Shown in pieces: positions 13,534 through 25,013 of a DNA stretch of 64,000 nucleotides. The stretch spans positions 744,001 to 808,000 of the forward strand of contig BROI01000001.1 of NCBI GenBank assembly GCA_027923505.1. The letters are read 5' to 3'. Position numbers and translations under genes: made by a program. The notes under the pieces are model-generated. The model saw only the letters and a program-made list of their open reading frames with translations. It was not told the DNA's origin and ran no database searches. The DNA comes from Mayamaea pseudoterrestris. Lineage: Eukaryota. Positions within the stretch are counted from its first letter, which is position 1, and each line of letters opens with the position of its first letter.

Positions 13534-13966
13534 AATTGACATTTTTACATATGCCTGATTAAGTGGCATATGTGCCAAATGACGTCATAAGTGACATATG
13601 TGACTCATGCTGACAGGTGTCGCATGTGAGGCATATGTCGACATATGTCACATGTGTCGCATATGTCACATATGCGATTTTTCAAGCAGCATAAAGTCTG
13701 CAACAAAACAGCTACAACCAAAAAGTAAATAGGTGATTATTTACCTCTACCATTGCTTTATCTGATGACATATTGCTGGTTGCAATCAGAGGTCTATAGG
13801 TGACAAAATGGTGGATTGAAAATGGCTGTTTTTCATGCATCGACATAAGTCGCATGTGTGACACCTGTTGACACGTGTCACATATGTCACATATGTCAAC
13901 ATATGCCCCTTGCGTCACATGTGATGTCAATGGCGATAAAAGGCATATCTAAAGAAAATGTCAATT
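13534..13966. promoter_or_regulatory. Imperfect inverted repeat with 10 CATATG motifs in the divergent intergenic region
   Basis: aattgacatttt (13534-13545) pairs with aaaatgtcaatt (13955-13966). gtgacatatgtgac (13591-13604) pairs with gtcacatatgtcac (13877-13890). acaggtgtc pairs with gacacctgt. The arms flank an AT-richer ~150-bp spacer. Confidence 0.8.
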
Positions 13967-14150
13967 CACTTTCGCCGTCCATTGTGACACGTGTTGCACG
14001 GCGAAATGTGACGTGTCGACTGCTGCAGCAATCAAGACTGCGCGGCCGTGTCATCGCTTGTCACGACAGCAACACCATCAGTCGATCAAACACGAACAAG
14101 TTGCTTACTTTTGACCCATTCTCAACAACAGCACACAATATTACTTGACA

Positions 14151-15322
14151 ATGCCTGCTGGGCGCTGGCAATCAAAGGTTGAAGGAGCTAATCTTTGTGC
14201 ATTGTTTGATCGGAAGGAAGCTGACCCACACAAGGCGGACGACACGAATTACATCCACCAAGTCCAGCAGCTCAACAGTCGGCTCTTTGGTCACGTTGAA
14301 CCCCGCAATTGGCTCAACAACTACCGGCGCACGGCGCGAGATTATTTAACAAACAAGCAAGCTCAAGGAGGTCGTCATCAACCTCTGCCGCCTCCAGTTC
14401 TGCCTCCAGGCCATCTTCAACCAAGTGCGCCAGGTAAGTAGCGACTTGCGAAACATCAAAGTGTCATTTTCAAGTACTCACTCATATTAATTCCTCCATT
14501 TCTGCAGACGAGTCAGAAGACGAGTCGTACTCCTTGACCACCGGTAGTGTCGAGTCGGAAGAGTTGACTCAGGTTGACGATATTGACAGCAAGGAACTCG
14601 ACAGCATCGGCCAAGTCAGTGTCATCAACATGCCGTCGCCTCACAAGCCTTCTCCTGGTGTGAATGGTACATTTCACAACCTTGTTTGTGGTCCCTACAT
14701 CAATGAAGTTGGAGATTTTGAATTGCAAGTCCGAGTCCTTGCACACTCTGGCATGCTACCCGAATATGTCACGGTCAAGCTTTCCAATGATCGGCGCTCA
14801 TTGCTTGTTCTGCAGCGTGTACCTGATGAGTTCTATGACGCGCAAATTGTTGCGGCAGAATTCTTTGGGCCTTGTGGTATGGGATCAGCAGTGACAGCCG
14901 CCTTTCGTCAAGCTGTACAGCGAGTTCGTGCCACCGACAAGGAGCCTGTCTTTGTTGGGAATGGCGACTACATCTGCCTTGGGCACCAGGTTGAGCAGCT
15001 TTCAGAAAATTCTACTGAGATCATTGTACTGCCAACTAAGAAGGGCAAAACTACCTTGCATGTCATCAAAGTAACACTTCAGCTGCCTCGAACTGGTTAC
15101 AAGACGCCAAACGCACCAGTGCTGCGAGTCATTCATCCGTATGCATCACCGCCAGCCGCTGCAGCTGCAGGGCCAGTTCTGCCGGACGTTCCAAGAGGCT
15201 TATTTGCAGCTGGGCAGGCAAAATTGGAACGGGTGATAGAAGGCGTGGTGCCTTTTTTTGCCACTCTACTGTTCTGCTACTTTTTCAATTTGGTTTACGG
15301 TTGGTCAAAATACGTGTTTTAG
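14151..15322 (+). CDS. Unknown ~365-aa protein, probable second ORF of the Harbinger-like element, 2 exons
   Basis: ATG at 14151. Exon 1 ends at 14433, intron GTAAGT...TGCAG spans 14434-14507, exon 2 is in frame to 15322. It is divergent from the transposase, and Harbinger elements typically carry a second gene. N-terminal W/F-spaced helical segment, acidic linker, hydrophobic C-terminal tail. Confidence 0.65.
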
Positions 15323-15396
15323 GAAACCAATCAATGTCGCTTTCAAACATTGTTGAGATAGATTGTATGTAATTAGCTATCTCTATAACAATAAAG

Positions 15397-16107
15397 TTGG
15401 ACGAATACGCTCGCGTCGATATTACAGCATCACTCTCAGCCGAGGACTTAGCGCAACTCGAAATTGTTTCCAAAACAACCCAAGCGAAAAGACAAACACC
15501 GGCCACCGCAGACAAAGCACGCAAGCGCCCGCCGCCAACAGACCTCTTGACGGATCTGATTCGCGAGCGGTTTCAGACACAAGCCTCCAGTCCATCGCTA
15601 GTCAAGCATCACGCCGAGCAGCAGGCGACTCAAGCAAACCTTGTGGATCAGCCGCAGAAGGAGTCGGCATGGCTCGCAATTGAACGCAAGCGGAAGGCAG
15701 ACGGGAGTTCCAGTTTAGCAAAGAAACTGCAATACAACGAGCATTGGGACGACAGCGATGGCTCAGTGGAAGTTACAGATGTACGTCGCCCACCGACACA
15801 CCCAGCTACACCACCACGAGTCCAACTTCGCCAGCACCATTCTCAAACCGCAGCCAAGCCCTTTAGCTCATCGGGCCTCTTCCTCCCATACGAACAAGAA
15901 AGGTCGCTTCCGCAAGTCCTTTCTTACACGACAACGCTCAATGCAGTCGAGCCTTATACCGATCCTGTTCTACGCGTCGTGTCAAGTATTCGGATTGACA
16001 CGACGCAAGGAATCTGCTCTTTCTCTCTCAATTTCTCGATTCTTTCACTCTTTCTCTTTCGCACAGCTCTCTCAGGTCAAGACAAGCTAGCAAGACTGTT
16101 AATCTGA
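15397..16107 (+). other. Open frame without ATG start; possible gene fragment or atypical upstream ORF of the retroelement
   Basis: 236 codons open with basic patches (KARKRPP, RKRK). No CCHC knuckle or other recognisable domain. Confidence 0.25.
15974..16006. other. Perfect 12-bp stem hairpin
   Basis: gcgtcgtgtcaa-gtattcgga-ttgacacgacgc. Confidence 0.85.
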
Positions 16108-16448
16108 CACGATAATATCAGACGAACCTTTATTCCAGCGACTACAATGGACTCGGAGCGATCAACCTCTTCGTCCAGCGTAAAGCAAACAAACAAACTC
16201 AATTGCTAGAATAGTGCATGTTACTCGCTACTCTACTCGTGCGCTTCTTTCTCGTTCTCACTGGGTTCACGGTCGAGGTTCACTTTGCCCTCGATCGTCA
16301 GCATTTCACTCATGTATGTGATGATCTGGTCAGCAAGTGTGACTCAACCCTGCACGATTAAAAGTACAAAACACAGGTAGCTAACCGCCGTCAGAGACGC
16401 AGGTCAACTCAACTCAATACATATTGTGTCACATCTTCTTCACCAAGG

Positions 16449-19400
16449 ATGCGCTCTACTAAAGTTAAAGTGGAAGTGGGCAGTTGGGCGAACAGTTCAG
16501 TCGCCCCAGAGTGTCAGCCCAGCATGCAACCAAGCGAGTTGCCAGTACCCGTCATGCCGACTTCAACCACTCCAGTTGCTAGTCGAGTGGAACCAGCCGT
16601 TCCTAGTCCTGTCATCTCTGGAATCATGGATCCTTATGTCTTTCTGTTGACTCTAACGCCACAAGAGACTGCAGCTCTGCCTGCTTGGATTCGATCAACA
16701 ATGCGAGCTATCCGCCGCAACGGCCACGCATCCTCTATTGGAGACGACAAATCCTTCAAGGAACGAGTCTTTCCAGTCATTTGGGATACTGGAGCAAGTA
16801 TATCTATCTCATACGAGCGCTCTGACTTTGTCGGTCCCATTGAACCGTCTCCAAACAACGATCGCGTCAGTGGTCTCACGGATGGAGCCAAGATCGAGGG
16901 GAGAGGCTGTGTCGCCTGGACTTTCCTTGATAATGGAGGCATGCTCAGAACATTAAAGCTGCCTGCCTACTACATTCCGGCTGCTACAGTCCGCTTGCTG
17001 AGTATAAGCAGCGTTCTGCAGCAATACCCTGAGGAATTCATCTATGGCGACGAACGAGCCATCTTCCTGAGTGGAACCGTTTCAACCACTCACTCCGACG
17101 GATCCATAACCAACAATGGAATAGAAGTTCTGGTGGATCCTGCATCTAACTTGCCGACCGGGTATGCCTACGATACCTCGTCTCCTTCTGCATCTGCCTA
17201 TCGGGCAAGCGAGTTGTCGGCGCTGCCTGGATCGCCACCAGGCCCCGAGCCAGCTCCAAATGCGTCAAATGCACCTCCAGGCAATACTGGAAGGCATCAA
17301 AATAGCAATCTCGGTGGATCTTGTCAAACAAGGGCGCATGGTTTCTTGCCTGGGTCCGCACAAGGCAGAGGTCCCAGCTCGAATTCACGTCAATTGCCAA
17401 GTGGCCCGCAAGTCTACTCGGTTGCTATGCCTTCTCCATTGCCGCCTCCTGTGGTAGCTTCCAATAATGCTAATATAACGGAAGCAGAGAAGGAGCTTCT
17501 GCGGTGGCATTACCGTCTTGGCCATCTAGCCAAGGCGAGGATCCAGTTCCTAATGAAGGGAGGCATCCTAGCTCAATCAGAGGGACAACGGCGCCTACAC
17601 GCCGCAAGCTCGAGGCTAGTTAATCCTCCTCTTTGCGCTGCCTGCCAGTATGCTAAACAAAGGCTGCGTTCTGCTCCCGGTAACAAGTCAACTGCGGTCA
17701 AGGATCGAGTTGGAGCGTTGCGCCGCAACGACGTGTTTCCAGGGCAACAAGTTAGCGTTGACCATTTCATTTGCTCAACCAAAGGCAGACTCTTCTCCTC
17801 TCGAGGCAAGACGCAAGAAGCTGATCTTTACTGCGGTGGTTGCATCTTTGTGGACCACGCCTCTGGCTACGTCTTCATCTACTTCCAGCGGCATTTAACC
17901 ACCGACGAGACCCTTGCCGCAAAGGAGGCATTCGAGCTATCCTGCCGCGACTATGGAGTCATCCCTCAAGAGTATCTTTCTGATAATGGACGTGCCTTTG
18001 CGTCCAAAGCATTTGCCCAGCATCTTGCAGTGTTCTCCCAGATCAACAAGTTTGCCGGCGTCGGCGCCCACCACCACAATGGAATCGCCGAGCGCTCCAT
18101 TCAAACGATCATGGCAATCACTCGCGCTATGATGCTACACGCCTCTATACACTGGCCTGAGCTATCTGATCTATCGCTCTGGCCAATGGCGTGCCAATAT
18201 GCCGCGTTCCTGTGGAACAAGATGCCCGACTTGCACTCAGGGATCAGTCCACACGACTTGTTTACGCGCACTCGATGGCCTCACTTGCGCTTCCATGACC
18301 TTCATGTATGGGGATGCCCAGTCTATATACTGGAGAAGCGTCTATCCGATGGTCAGAAGCTGCCGCGCTGGTCGCCTCGCTCCAAGCGCTGCGTCTTTGT
18401 CGGTATGAGTGACGCGCACGCAAGCTCCGTTCCTTTGGTCCTCAATCCAGAAACCGGAGCCATTACACCTCAGTTTCATGTGGTCTTTGATGACTACTTT
18501 AGCACGGTATCATCTGATCCTGGCAGCTTGCCAGATTTCGAGACGGACGAGTGGCGCAAGCTCTTTGGCGACAGCTCCTATCAGTATATCCCCATTGACG
18601 AGGATGGAGCCGACCAAGAGACTTCAACTGGCGTGCCTCCTATTCCTGAAGCTGCTATTCAGCAAAAGGATCGAGTGGAAGCCGCCTTTGAAACCAATCG
18701 TCCATCCCATCCATTGCCTGGCGAGCCGGCCCCAAGCGAGCCAACCGGCGACTCATTGCATGATCCCGCCGACACGACCGACGATGGTTCTGGTCTCGCA
18801 AGGGCGCAGGATGACAGTTCTCCGCCTGCAAGGGCGTCAAGTCCAACTTTTGATACCACCGCTTCGGCCATTTCAGCAGACTCGTCTTCAGCTAGCGCAC
18901 CTACACGACATAACGCTGTGACACCAAGTCCATCAAGCTCGCAAATGGACACACCAAGACGATCTTCTCGTTCTAATATGGGCCAACTGCCTCAGCGGCT
19001 TACCTACATTAGTCCTGGGCATCAAGCAAACATTCTCTATCAGTTGCCGTCTGCCGAAGCAGCGCATTTCTCGGCGTTATTCTCCGCCTTCAATGTTTCC
19101 GCCCCTGCTATTTACAAGGCAGCGGCCACTGATCCTGATACACTCACTTGGGATCAAGCTATGCGTGATCATCCTCACCAAGCTGATTGGGTTAAAGCAG
19201 CAGTCGCTGAGATCACGTCTCTCCAGAATAAAGGGACGTGGATCGAAGTGCCCAAGTCTTCCGCCACAAGCAAGATCATCCCTGGCACCTGGGTCTTCCG
19301 CCGCAAGCGCTCGCCTGATGGAGTCATTAAGAAGTACAAAGCTCGCTTCTGTGTTAGAGGAGATTTGGAGGAAGGAACGTTCGATACCTTCTCTCCAGTT

Positions 19401-20711
19401 GTTGCGTGGTCAACGATTCGCCTCCTGTTGGTATTTGCCCTTACGCTCGATTGGCATGCTTGCACCATTGACTTCTCCAGTGCCTTTGTCCAAGCTAAAC
19501 TCGACAAGCCAGTATGGATTCACATTCCTCGTGGTTTTGGCTCAAGCCTTGGCCCCGACCATTGCCTCTGCTTAAAGAAGAGCCTTTACGGACTGTCCGT
19601 CGCCCCGCGCCTTTGGTTTGAACACCTCACCCGCGCATTCAAGTCGCTCGGTTTAAAACAAAGCGAATTTGATCAATGCCTCTTCTTTGGCACTTCTTTT
19701 ATCTGCGCTTGTTTTGTTGACGACATTTTGTTCATCTCTAAGTGCCCCAAGAGCGTCGACGCCTTTGTCGAGCGCCTCAGCTCCATGGGATTCGAGTTAA
19801 CAAAGGAAGACTCGCTTTGCGATTACCTCGGCATTAAACTCGTCCGCGACACTGCCAACGGTTCCTACAAGCTTACTCAGCAAGGATTAATTGACAAGAT
19901 TCTTGTTGCTACTGGTTTGACGGAATCAAATCCAAACGCCGTCCCAGCGACTCAACTCGCGCTCGGTACCGACCCCGACGGGGACTGCATGCGCGAGAGC
20001 TGGTCCTACCCTTCTATCGTTGGTATGCTTCTCTATCTTGCTATCAACTCGCGCCCTGACATTGCTTATGCTGTTAGTCAAGTCGCTCGCTTCAACCACG
20101 GTCCTAAACAGAGCCACGCGAAGGCCGTCAAAACGATCGTCCGTTATTTGCGAGGCACTCGCAACGTGGGGACCGTCATGAAACCAGATGGATCCTTCAA
20201 TCTGGACCTTTATACAGACGCAGACTATGCTGGTCTCTATAAACAAGAACCCGACCATTCAACTATGGCGGTTCGTTCTCGTACAGGCTACATCATTCTT
20301 CTCGGTGGATGCCCGCTCATTTGGAAGAGCCAGTTGCAAACGGAAATTGCACTCTCTACTCTGGAAGCAGAATATTGCTCTTTGTCTCTGGGATTAAAGA
20401 CTCTCCTTCCTCTCAAGCGCATCCTTATTGAGGTACTACAAGTGCTTCGCCTTCCTAGTCCTACGGCTACTTGCGTGAGCGCTCGTGCCTACCAAGACAA
20501 TCAAGGCGCTTATTATCTCGCCACCAACCAGCGCTTAACCAATCGCACCAAGCACATGCTAGTCAAGTTCCATTGGTTCTGGTTGCATTACAAACGAGGC
20601 GAGTTTAGTATCTCCATGGTTAAATCAGCCGACCAATTGGCCGACTACTTGACCAAGGGACTTGCCAAGGATCTGTTCCTCAAGAATCGTCTCAGCGTTC
20701 AACACTGCTAA
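16449..20711 (+). mobile_element. Ty1/copia (CoDi-like) retrotransposon pol ORF, PR-IN-RT-RNase H, 1420 aa
   Basis: Protease WDTGAS. Integrase Zn finger WHYRLGH...CAAC and catalytic VSVDH/SDNG/IAERS. RT YKARFCVRG, LKKSLYGL, FVDD. RNase H YTDAD, STLEAEY, DNQGA, RTKH, LADYLTK. Copia domain order, uninterrupted. Confidence 0.96.
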
Positions 20712-20808
20712 GTATTACGCTATGCACCCACCTTTATATATAAAAGACTCTCTATATCTAGTCTACTTACTTATCTTCTTCGACCTATAGTCGCCTGCAC
20801 TCTAACGC

Positions 20809-20887
20809 AAGGGCGAGTCGAGATTGACTGTGTCCGGGTTCTGTCTGTCCGGTACTTACGTACTTGTCTGTCCGGTACTCCCGTCGA
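20809..20887 (+). repeat. PPT-like tract and probable start of the 3' LTR with short direct repeats
   Basis: aagggcgag at 20809-20817 lies ~100 bp after the pol stop. tgtctgtccggtact is repeated at 20842-20856 and 20865-20879. No upstream copy was found. Confidence 0.4.
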
Positions 20888-21351
20888 TTTGCATTGGATC
20901 GTTGCCATTCCACCATGGCGCTCTGCACGCTCCGTTCTTCATGCTTTCATGCTAACAAGCTCCAACAGCTATAACAACGGCATTATTGTCTGTTCACCAG
21001 ACGTGGGTTCTTCTTTGAGATTTATCATTACAATGATCCTGGATGTTCCTGCCTTTCGAGTCGAATGTCGAGCATTGTGCTCACAATCTGAAACTAGTGA
21101 TTGCATAAAACACTATAAGCTTGCTGTTGCAAAAACAAACATCTTCTTCATTGTTTAACCTACTACTTGCGAAGTAGTCTTCACTGTATGTCATAATGAC
21201 TGCGCAAGAAAGAAACATGTAAGCTATCATGTGCATGATAACTCTAGTCATCTAAGCCGCTGCATTGCTCCCTTGTTTGCCATTTAGAACTTGATCGCTT
21301 GAACGAATCAAGCGAATCACACAGCGACGAAACGTTACAATCTGATTCCAC

Positions 21352-21559
21352 CATGACGGCTCGCCAAGCATTGAAACACAGTCTGCAGTCTCAAATGGAC
21401 TGTTTGAACGCCAAGGAAGAACCGAAAGCGCAACAGCACGTCTTGCAGCAGTGGAAATTGACGTCGGACGAGTCGGAGCTCATGCAACGCGAAACCTTGG
21501 ATCATTCCTACAATCACCATGTCGACTATCTAGCAATTGCTGAGTATGAGAGTCATTAG
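21352..21559 (+). CDS. Short hypothetical ORF or gene fragment
   Basis: ATG-initiated frame MTARQALKHSLQSQ... with coding-like composition; no domain recognised. Confidence 0.2.
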
Positions 21560-22181
21560 AAAGATTACTGTTGCGAGAGGATGCTAGAGAGGTTGGAATG
21601 CAGTCTCGTCATGCGGAAATGGCGTCAACTCTTGAAGACCTAAATGAATGGGCAATGATGCACATCGCCATTACAACGATCTGCACTGCGTACGAAATGC
21701 TATAATTATTACACACGATTTGCGTATTTCACTCTATTGCATGTCGCTTGTAGCAGTTTTATACGCTTTATTGTATTTGACACTTCCTAGGCTTCTCATT
21801 CATAGCTAGCTTCGCTTGACACCCTTCACTCATCGCGCCAGCCGGCATTAGCGCTACGACATGCTGTCACATTCGATGACGACGCGACGATGATGGCTGG
21901 TCCATGATTCGCCGTTTGAGCAAGAACTGGTTCATCATCGACGCGCTACGCTTCCTGCTGCAATCGAATCCTTGCGGTGGTTAACGGAAGCTGTGAAAGA
22001 CTAGAGAGGAGACCGTTTGTTTAGCTGCTAAAACAATAGAAAAGAGAGTCTTTGAGCAAGCAAGAGCAAACTAACCGCAACGATCCAACCAGCAGACGCA
22101 CCGCACCTATCGAACAGTTTTGTCAGATATACAATATACAAACCCTTGGAATAGTCGTTTTGAAGCAATATTCTGTTCATC

Positions 22182-24876
22182 ATGTCGAGTCGAACCAAGG
22201 ACATGGATCAATTTGAGCTATTTCATACCGTTCTTGACGAGTAAGTATTACATGATATGGTGATACAGAATTGACTTGTACATGAACTTGATCCTTCTTC
22301 CAGGACCGAATCTTGTCTCGACCATTGACTCATCTCAACCATTTATATCTTTATTCCTTTGCAGAGCCGCCAAACTCATCATGGCCCAGCTTCCAGTCCT
22401 CCAGCAAGTCAGTTCCGAATTCATTGAAACAATCTTTGTCCCCAAGGCCATGGCCAAGCAACTGGTGCTGCTAATTGCATTAGAAACTGGCATGGTGTCC
22501 GTCAATTTCGTCACTACACTCGTCAACCACTTGCTCGCCAACTTTTCCAGTCGATCGCGACTACTGCGACAGCTCCAGGCGGAGCAATCCGTGGCGTCGT
22601 CGCAGGAGGAGTGGATGGACTTGGCGGAGCGCATGGACGCCATTCAAAACAATGATGTTTGGCGATCGGATCCCAACTGTCCCATTTACGAGCGGGACCG
22701 CATTTCGGCGCGGATTGATGAACTGGTGCACTTGATGCGACGACAGGATATATTTGAACTCATGTTTGTGTTGCGTGGAAGTATTGGACGCAACAAGTTT
22801 GGCTTGCTGCATGAAGGCTTGTTCACCAAGGCACTGGCGGGCACCAAGGTGCTGGTGGAAACGTATCATAACGTTGTCTGCGCGGCACTCGACTTTTGCT
22901 GCGATGCGCCAGTTTTGCCGGGGGAGGATCCCATTCCGACGGATGCGCGATTGGCCTTCTTCAACGAGACACGCCACGCCTATGGGCGGACGGCGTTGCT
23001 GCTGAGCGGAGGAGCGGCGCTGGGGTTTTACCATGTTGGTGTCGTCAAGACGTTGATGGATAACAATTTATTGCCACGAGTGATTGGTGGTAGTAGTGCT
23101 GGATCGATTCTGTGTTCCATGATTGGCACGCGAACAGACGAGGAGTGTTTGAATGACTTGTTTGACGCTAAGGGAACGGATGCTCCTGGCCACTCGGGTG
23201 AGCTGTCGCTCAATTTCTTTAGACCCATGAATAATGATTTGGCTGCCAAGATTGAAAAGGTCTTGCCGCTGGAGCCGCTGAGTGGACTGGCGGAGGTTTA
23301 TCGCAATACGGCGGGGGCGTTTCGCGACGCCAAGCTGACCATTCAGGGCTTTGTTCCAATTCCTTTGCGACGGGCAAGCTCCTTGATGTATGACATTCTT
23401 ACTGGTAAACGTCGCGCGACGGATGCCTTCAAGAATGACACGGAGCATTTTCGCAATTGCGTTCGTCGCAATGTTGGTAACTTTACGTTTCAGGAAGCCT
23501 TTGATCGGACTGGCCGCATTTTGAACATTGTCGTAACGCCAAACAATAGCACGGATCCTCCTCGCCTGCTCAATTATTTGACAGCCCCGCATGTGCTTGT
23601 CTGGTCGGCTGCTGTAGCGAGTAGCTCATTGCCTGGCGTGTTTGAAGCGAATCGACTTGTCGTAAAGGAAGCAGATGGCTGGGAACGATATGAAAGTGGC
23701 GGAGGACAAAGTTTTTCGGACGGTTCCATGGAGCAAGATTTACCCATGCAGCAACTTTCGGAAATGTTCAATGTAAATCACTTTATTGTTTCGCAAGCCA
23801 ACCCGCATGCCGTCATGTTTGCATCGTACAACCAGAAAGTGTCAATTTGGTCGAACCCTGGCAAGGCAATATTTGGGTCTATTGTCACGTTCCTGAAAGC
23901 ATCGCTGCGTTCCTGGATCGTTCACGTTGTTGCCTGCATGGGCGGACACCGCCTGTTGCCCATGTTTGAGACTAGCCGTGGTGTTGGAACGCAGTTTTTC
24001 ACGCAGGAGTACGAAGGACGTCCGTCCGACATTTCGCTCATTCCGTGGTACGGCCATCGCGGCTTGTTGAGTGCCATGCTTCATATTATTTACAATCCCA
24101 GCGAAGCAGAGTTTCGAGAATGGATTCAAGCGGCGGAGCGTGAAACCTGGAAGTATATTCCGGCGATCAAGTCTCATATTGCCGAGGAAGTTACGCTCGA
24201 TCGATGTGTGCAGCGGCTTCGACGACGTCTCATGGAAGAGTCCTGGGAGAAGCACAAAGCCATTAAACAGGAAAATGGAGACAAAATGGGAAGAGTCCCA
24301 AGCTTCTTTTCAAGTGGCAGCGTCGTTAATCTTAGTGGGTTGGGGACAGTCGACCAGCCGAACATTCAGGGCTTGCATGAGTATGCCACGAAACCTCATT
24401 CGTCCTCGCACAATACAAGCTACGTCCCGCCCGTACCTGAAGCGCACGAGGCCGTTGTTAGCATTCCAGAAATTAGCGACAATCATGGGTGGCACGGGAT
24501 GGGTCTCCGTGGGAACCGGTCGAGTGGCAATCTTCGCAAAACCCTTTCTGATGCTTCTGGACTTTTTATTGAAGAAGAGGAAGCTGCCAAGCAGACTGCG
24601 GGAGAGCAACCAGCCATGGAGCGAAAGCCAAGAAGCTCTTCATTGTCCTTGGCCCATTCAAAAGGTAGCGAGGGCAGTTTTAACGCCAACTACATCAAGA
24701 CCACGAGCATGGCAAACTTTTACTATCGACGCGTTGGCAAGACCCAATCTAGTACAGATCTCCACGAGACCTCTACCGGTAGCGCAGCGGCAGATGCAAG
24801 CGACTCAACGACGAAAACGCATAGAAGCCGCAAGAGTAAATCGCATGCGGATCTAGACTCGTCGATGTTTGGCTAG
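22182..24876 (+). CDS. SDP1: Patatin-domain triacylglycerol lipase (SDP1/TGL3-4-like)
   Basis: Exon 1 is 22182-22240 and the intron 22241-22364 (GTAAGT...GCAG) keeps frame. Motifs: GRTALLLSGGAALG, GSSAG nucleophile, TFQEAFDRTGRILNI, LLNYLTAPHV, DGS, FNVNHFIVSQANPH. Confidence 0.9.
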
Positions 24877-25013
24877 TACATAATGAGGGTAAAGCTTGAC
24901 GCGACAATAACCACGCCGCGCCTATCCAGGAGCATGTAGATAATATGTAAGTTGAGGTTTATGCTATATAAAATATGTATCAGATCATTAAACGCAGTCG
25001 CCATTTCATGCGA

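Larger units (their letters stand above)
12382..15322. mobile_element. Core of a Harbinger-like DNA transposon (ends not located)
   Basis: Transposase plus divergent second gene. I could not identify TIRs or a TWA target-site duplication in the window. Confidence 0.6.

Noticed and set aside
16634..20397. Antisense and alternative-frame ORFs within pol and the other long genes
   Set aside because: They are shadow ORFs expected at this GC content and have no recognisable motifs.
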